Source: Candidatus Babelota bacterium (lineage in GTDB: Bacteria > Babelota > Babeliae > Babelales > Vermiphilaceae). From it: a stretch of 32,000 nt of DNA. Numbering within the stretch: the stretch's first letter is position 1; each line of letters begins with the position of its first letter. Made by a program: the position numbers and the translations under genes. The notes under the pieces are model-generated. The model had not been told where the DNA came from. It ran no database searches and saw only the letters and a program-made list of their open reading frames with translations. Where the stretch lies: NCBI GenBank assembly GCA_039809905.1, contig JBDHVY010000001.1, forward strand, positions 120,001 through 152,000, in the 5' to 3' direction. Of this stretch, positions 28,714-32,000 are shown in pieces.

Positions 28714-28998
28714 TTATAATTTTGGTAATGTTTTTTGCAAATCCAATCTTTGTTGCATCAGAGATTCATATCTATCATGTTCTTTTGTTAGTTCCCTTGA
28801 ATAGGCCATATAACTTTGTATCTTAGGATCCCAGCGAATAGAACCTTTCACCCGAATATCTGATCTTTCTTTATTAAGTCTATCAATATTAGCTTTACAC
28901 GCCACTATATCTTGATCCAATTTATCCATGCTCCATAATGTATTGCACATACCGAATGTCATCACTAAACACACGAATGATACTGATTTCATGATCAT
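28714..28998 (-). CDS. Small secreted coiled-coil protein (94 aa)
   Basis: Signal-like MKSVSFVCLVMTFGMCNTLWS followed by charged heptad-like sequence. Confidence 0.6.
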   Translation of the reverse strand: MIMKSVSFVCLVMTFGMCNTLWSMDKLDQDIVACKANIDRLNKERSDIRVKGSIRWDPKIQSYMAYSRELTKEHDRYESLMQQRLDLQKTLPKL

Positions 28999-29546
28999 TA
29001 TCCTTTTTTATATGCACATTTTTCTATGCCTATTTTCTACATTCCTCATCATATAGCAACAAATTGAGCAAAATATAAAAAAATATCAAAAAAAGAGGGA
29101 AAGAATCATTTCCTCTTTTTTTCCATAAAAAACTTTAATTTTTTTGCTCTAATGTATATAAACGATTATTCATATCCTCTATCATTCGCTGTTGTGATAC
29201 AAAATGCTTAATCTTCATAAAAAATCCCTTTTTTAAATTATAAATAATACCCATTCATAGTAAAAAAATAATTATTATGTCAATTAAAATTTTGGCTCCT
29301 AATCCTAACCTCATTAAAAAGACCAAGACATGCTAGATATTAGCAAAACTATGAAAAGATTCACCATTACGAGAAAAAAATAGACATACAAAATATCAAA
29401 ATAGTGATGAGCGGTATTGGTCTATATTATCACCGAAAAAAAACGAACTAGCATGCTCAGCAAGGATTGCTATTCTTTTTTTTGGTTTGTATACTTTAGG
29501 CCAACTATTTTTCAATCAAACCATTCAAGAACAAAAGGGAGTTGTA

Positions 29547-30533
29547 ATGTTTCGTATTTATTATCGATTACTAGCACTATTGGCACTCAATATATCTGCG
29601 CAGATCATATCAATGGATGCCCCAAATCAAGTAATTATCCAAGAAATCACCGCTATTAAAAAACCTCAAAGAATTGGGTTTATCAATTCATATTCCCTGA
29701 TGATTGCATCTAAAAAAGGTGCTTTTATAGTTAATTGGCCAGACAACGCAACAATCGAAACCATATATAAAAATAATGATATGTTTCCAGTATATTGTTT
29801 TCTTAATAGTAAAAAAAATGCTATAGTAACCTCCGATCCAGAGCAAGTAAATCTTTATGATTTAGAAGGCAAAATAACATGGAAATCAAATAAGCAAAAT
29901 GCATCAACCGTTTTCACTCCAAGTGATAAGCTCTATACACTCAGCGGTAGCACACTTGAATGTAATACTGGTAAAACATTTGAGGTTCCTGGCGATGCGC
30001 CTTTTTGGTATGGCATTATAAGCTCCCATCCGACCAAAGAAAAGATTTTTTACACTAACTACAAACCTCAATCAAACTCGATACTGTTCACCGTAAACCT
30101 TGATGAAGATCCAGTTATTACCACATCACAAGAGTTGCCAAATCCTTCAAATAAAAGCGATAACATGACTTTTGCTCAACTGCACAGCCCATGTGAAAAT
30201 ATCATTGCACTCTCTTATCCTTTGAATGAAACCTGGACTCTTTATAATCCTGAAAACAATACTTTTATCCTAGAAGATATTCAATGTCGCACTTTGGCTT
30301 TTCATCCTACAAAATCATTATTAGCCATGCTCACCAAAGATGGATATATTGAACTGTATGATTTTAAAATCAAAAAAACAATTTCAAAAACTACTGAATC
30401 TCTTGGACAAGTTCCAGCATGGGAATCAGTCAACGAACGCGTAATCGATTTCTCTGAAGAAGGAGACTTTTTAGCAGTTATTGTAGATAAAAAATGTTTT
30501 GTCATTTCAAACTTATATCCAAAAATTGATTAA
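29547..30533 (+). CDS. Secreted WD40/beta-propeller-like protein
   Basis: Signal-like MFRIYYRLLALLALNISAQIISM; recurring blade-like segments such as CRTLAFHPTKSLLAMLTKDGYIELYDFKIKK. Confidence 0.65.
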   Translation: MFRIYYRLLALLALNISAQIISMDAPNQVIIQEITAIKKPQRIGFINSYSLMIASKKGAFIVNWPDNATIETIYKNNDMFPVYCFLNSKKNAIVTSDPEQVNLYDLEGKITWKSNKQNASTVFTPSDKLYTLSGSTLECNTGKTFEVPGDAPFWYGIISSHPTKEKIFYTNYKPQSNSILFTVNLDEDPVITTSQELPNPSNKSDNMTFAQLHSPCENIIALSYPLNETWTLYNPENNTFILEDIQCRTLAFHPTKSLLAMLTKDGYIELYDFKIKKTISKTTESLGQVPAWESVNERVIDFSEEGDFLAVIVDKKCFVISNLYPKID

Positions 30534-30540
30534 TCAAATG

Positions 30541-30580
30541 AACGCAACCTGTGGCGTTTTTATAGCACCAGGTTGCGTTT
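30541..30580 (+). terminator. Hairpin terminator
   Basis: AACGCAACCTG (30541-30551) / CAGGTTGCGTT (30569-30579), 6 nt after the beta-propeller stop codon; only a short T-run follows. Confidence 0.6.
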
Positions 30581-30586
30581 ATTTGA

Positions 30587-30868
30587 TCATAATTTTGCTT
30601 GAGCAGAAATCTGCTTTATCAACTCATCTCTATTTTTCGTTAACCGATCAATCTCTACATTCATACCATTATTCAATAAATTCAATTCTTTTCGATCTTT
30701 TTCCAAACATTTTATATTTATAGAACGCAACAACTCTCTTTTATGATAAATCTTGTGATCAAGCTCAATTATTTCTTTTATTTTATCACTGTTATCCATA
30801 CAAAATGAGAGATTATAGAAAAAAATAAACAATATACAAAAGCTCGTTTTAAATAAAAATTCAATCAC
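30587..30868 (-). CDS. Small secreted coiled-coil protein (93 aa)
   Basis: Hydrophobic N-terminus FLFKTSFCILFIFFYNLSFCM, then charged coiled-coil-like sequence; layout resembles 28714..28998. Confidence 0.6.
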   Translation of the reverse strand: MIEFLFKTSFCILFIFFYNLSFCMDNSDKIKEIIELDHKIYHKRELLRSINIKCLEKDRKELNLLNNGMNVEIDRLTKNRDELIKQISAQAKL

Positions 30869-31053
30869 AGCCCCTCCTCTTTTTTGTCAATTATCATTTT
30901 CATATCCATTGATTCTAAAAAAAATGATGTGAAAAAGTATATCTCTACTCATTTTTTCAGACATTTTCCTAAATAATATTGCTATTAGAAATTTATCAAG
31001 TGTATTATGGTAATGATACTCAAAGGTATCTCATGAAATGTAGGGGTATGATT

Positions 31054-31221
31054 ATGAAAAAATATTTATTTTCTTTTTTAGTTTTCACAAACATTGTTTG
31101 TGAGCTAAAAATTATTTCATGCCCCTATAGTTTTTCACCCGAAGATCAGCGACCATTTTTTGAACAATATGAAACGGAAAATAGTAATCAAGAAGCTAAA
31201 AAAACAGAGGAAAATTCATGA
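31054..31221 (+). CDS. Small secreted hypothetical protein (55 aa from internal Met)
   Basis: MKKYLFSFLVFTNIVCELKIISC; stop overlaps the next start (ATGA). Confidence 0.5.
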   Translation: MKKYLFSFLVFTNIVCELKIISCPYSFSPEDQRPFFEQYETENSNQEAKKTEENS

Positions 31222-31538
31222 AAAAGATACTACTTATCAGTCTTCTATATCTATCTTTTCCTCTTGCAGCAAGCATTAATTGCCTTGATAATTCAAAACA
31301 TCTAGAAGAAAGCTATGATGATAAAGAATGGCATTCTGTTGCATGCGATTGTTCCTGTGAAAAAGAAATAATCAAAGGTAATAAATGTACTGTATGCCAG
31401 CATTTACAAAACGCAAGCACGTATGTTGTAGTTTTACCAACAAAAATAGCTTTAAGCACGAGAAAAAAAGTATATACTCCACGCAATCCACAAACTGTTA
31501 TTAAAAACCTCGCGCTTAAATACATAGAAAAAAAATAA
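31218..31538 (+). CDS. Small secreted cysteine-rich protein (106 aa)
   Basis: Signal-like MKKILLISLLYLSFPLAASINC; CDCSCEKEIIKGNKCTVC. Confidence 0.6.
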   Translation: MKKILLISLLYLSFPLAASINCLDNSKHLEESYDDKEWHSVACDCSCEKEIIKGNKCTVCQHLQNASTYVVVLPTKIALSTRKKVYTPRNPQTVIKNLALKYIEKK

Positions 31539-31560
31539 TTTCTTTCTTAACTTTTTTTAA

Positions 31561-32000
31561 TCAGCGCATTAAAAACAGCATGACGCTATCAGGATTTAAT
31601 GAAAGCGAATCAATGCCATTTTTAATTAAAAAATCTGCAATCTCAGGATAATCAGATGGCGCTTGACCACAAATACCAATATATTTTCCTTTTTTATGCG
31701 CACCTTCTATTGCCATATGCATCATCTTTTTTACCGCTTCATCACGTTCATCAAATAATGATGTCAATATAGTAGAATCACGGTCCACTCCAAGAACTAA
31801 CTGCGTAAGGTCATTTGATCCAATAGAAAATCCATCAAAATAATCGCTGAATTCTTCAATCAATAGCACATTTGATGGAATTTCGCACATCATTACCAAT
31901 TCTAATCCATCTTCACCCTGCACCAAGCCATGAACTTTCATTTCTTCTATAACTTTTTGTGCCTCTTGAATAGTTCGTACAAAAGGAACCATTATTTTTA
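31561..32000 (-). CDS. ppsA: Phosphoenolpyruvate synthase, C-terminal part (truncated by window end)
   Basis: MVPFVRTIQEAQKVIEEM, CEIPSNVLLIEEFSDYFDGFSIGSNDLTQLVLGVDRDS, GICGQAPSDYPEIADFLIKNGIDSLSLNPDS; frame remains open to the window edge. Confidence 0.93.
   Translation of the reverse strand, partial: KIMVPFVRTIQEAQKVIEEMKVHGLVQGEDGLELVMMCEIPSNVLLIEEFSDYFDGFSIGSNDLTQLVLGVDRDSTILTSLFDERDEAVKKMMHMAIEGAHKKGKYIGICGQAPSDYPEIADFLIKNGIDSLSLNPDSVMLFLMR

Noticed and set aside
1-32000. CRISPR array
   Set aside because: No regularly spaced short direct repeats were found; the repeats present are duplicated gene fragments or palindromic intergenic elements.

Overview
The window is a low-GC bacterial chromosome segment. 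Its style suggests an intracellular Dependentiae/Babeliales-like (TM6) bacterium; that placement is inference from many secreted ankyrin proteins mixed with compact housekeeping genes. Housekeeping content: 3' end of yicC (cut by the window start), dnaE, tRNA-Phe(GAA), pheS, galU, rsmG, a MATE-type transporter, gatC, gatA, an HPS/KGPDC-like enzyme, and the 3' end of ppsA (cut by the window end). Accessory content: a MutS-like ATPase with an N-terminal signal/anchor and a His-rich insert, a membrane-anchored AAA ATPase without a protease domain, an exported beta-carbonic anhydrase, a PAP2-like protein, five secreted proteins with an F-box-like N-terminus (ankyrin repeats clear in three), an exported myo-inositol oxygenase closely resembling the animal enzyme, a secreted beta-propeller and several small secreted proteins. 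The most interesting structure is at 16.1-20.8 kb. A PAP2-tail / ankyrin gene / MIOX-promoter unit appears repeatedly duplicated there, leaving two orphan in-frame 21-codon copies of the PAP2 C-terminus and a mini-remnant of the MIOX gene. A decayed second copy of the yicC 3' end and a 109-bp element with 28-bp terminal inverted repeats are also present. No CRISPR array or recognisable antiphage system was seen.
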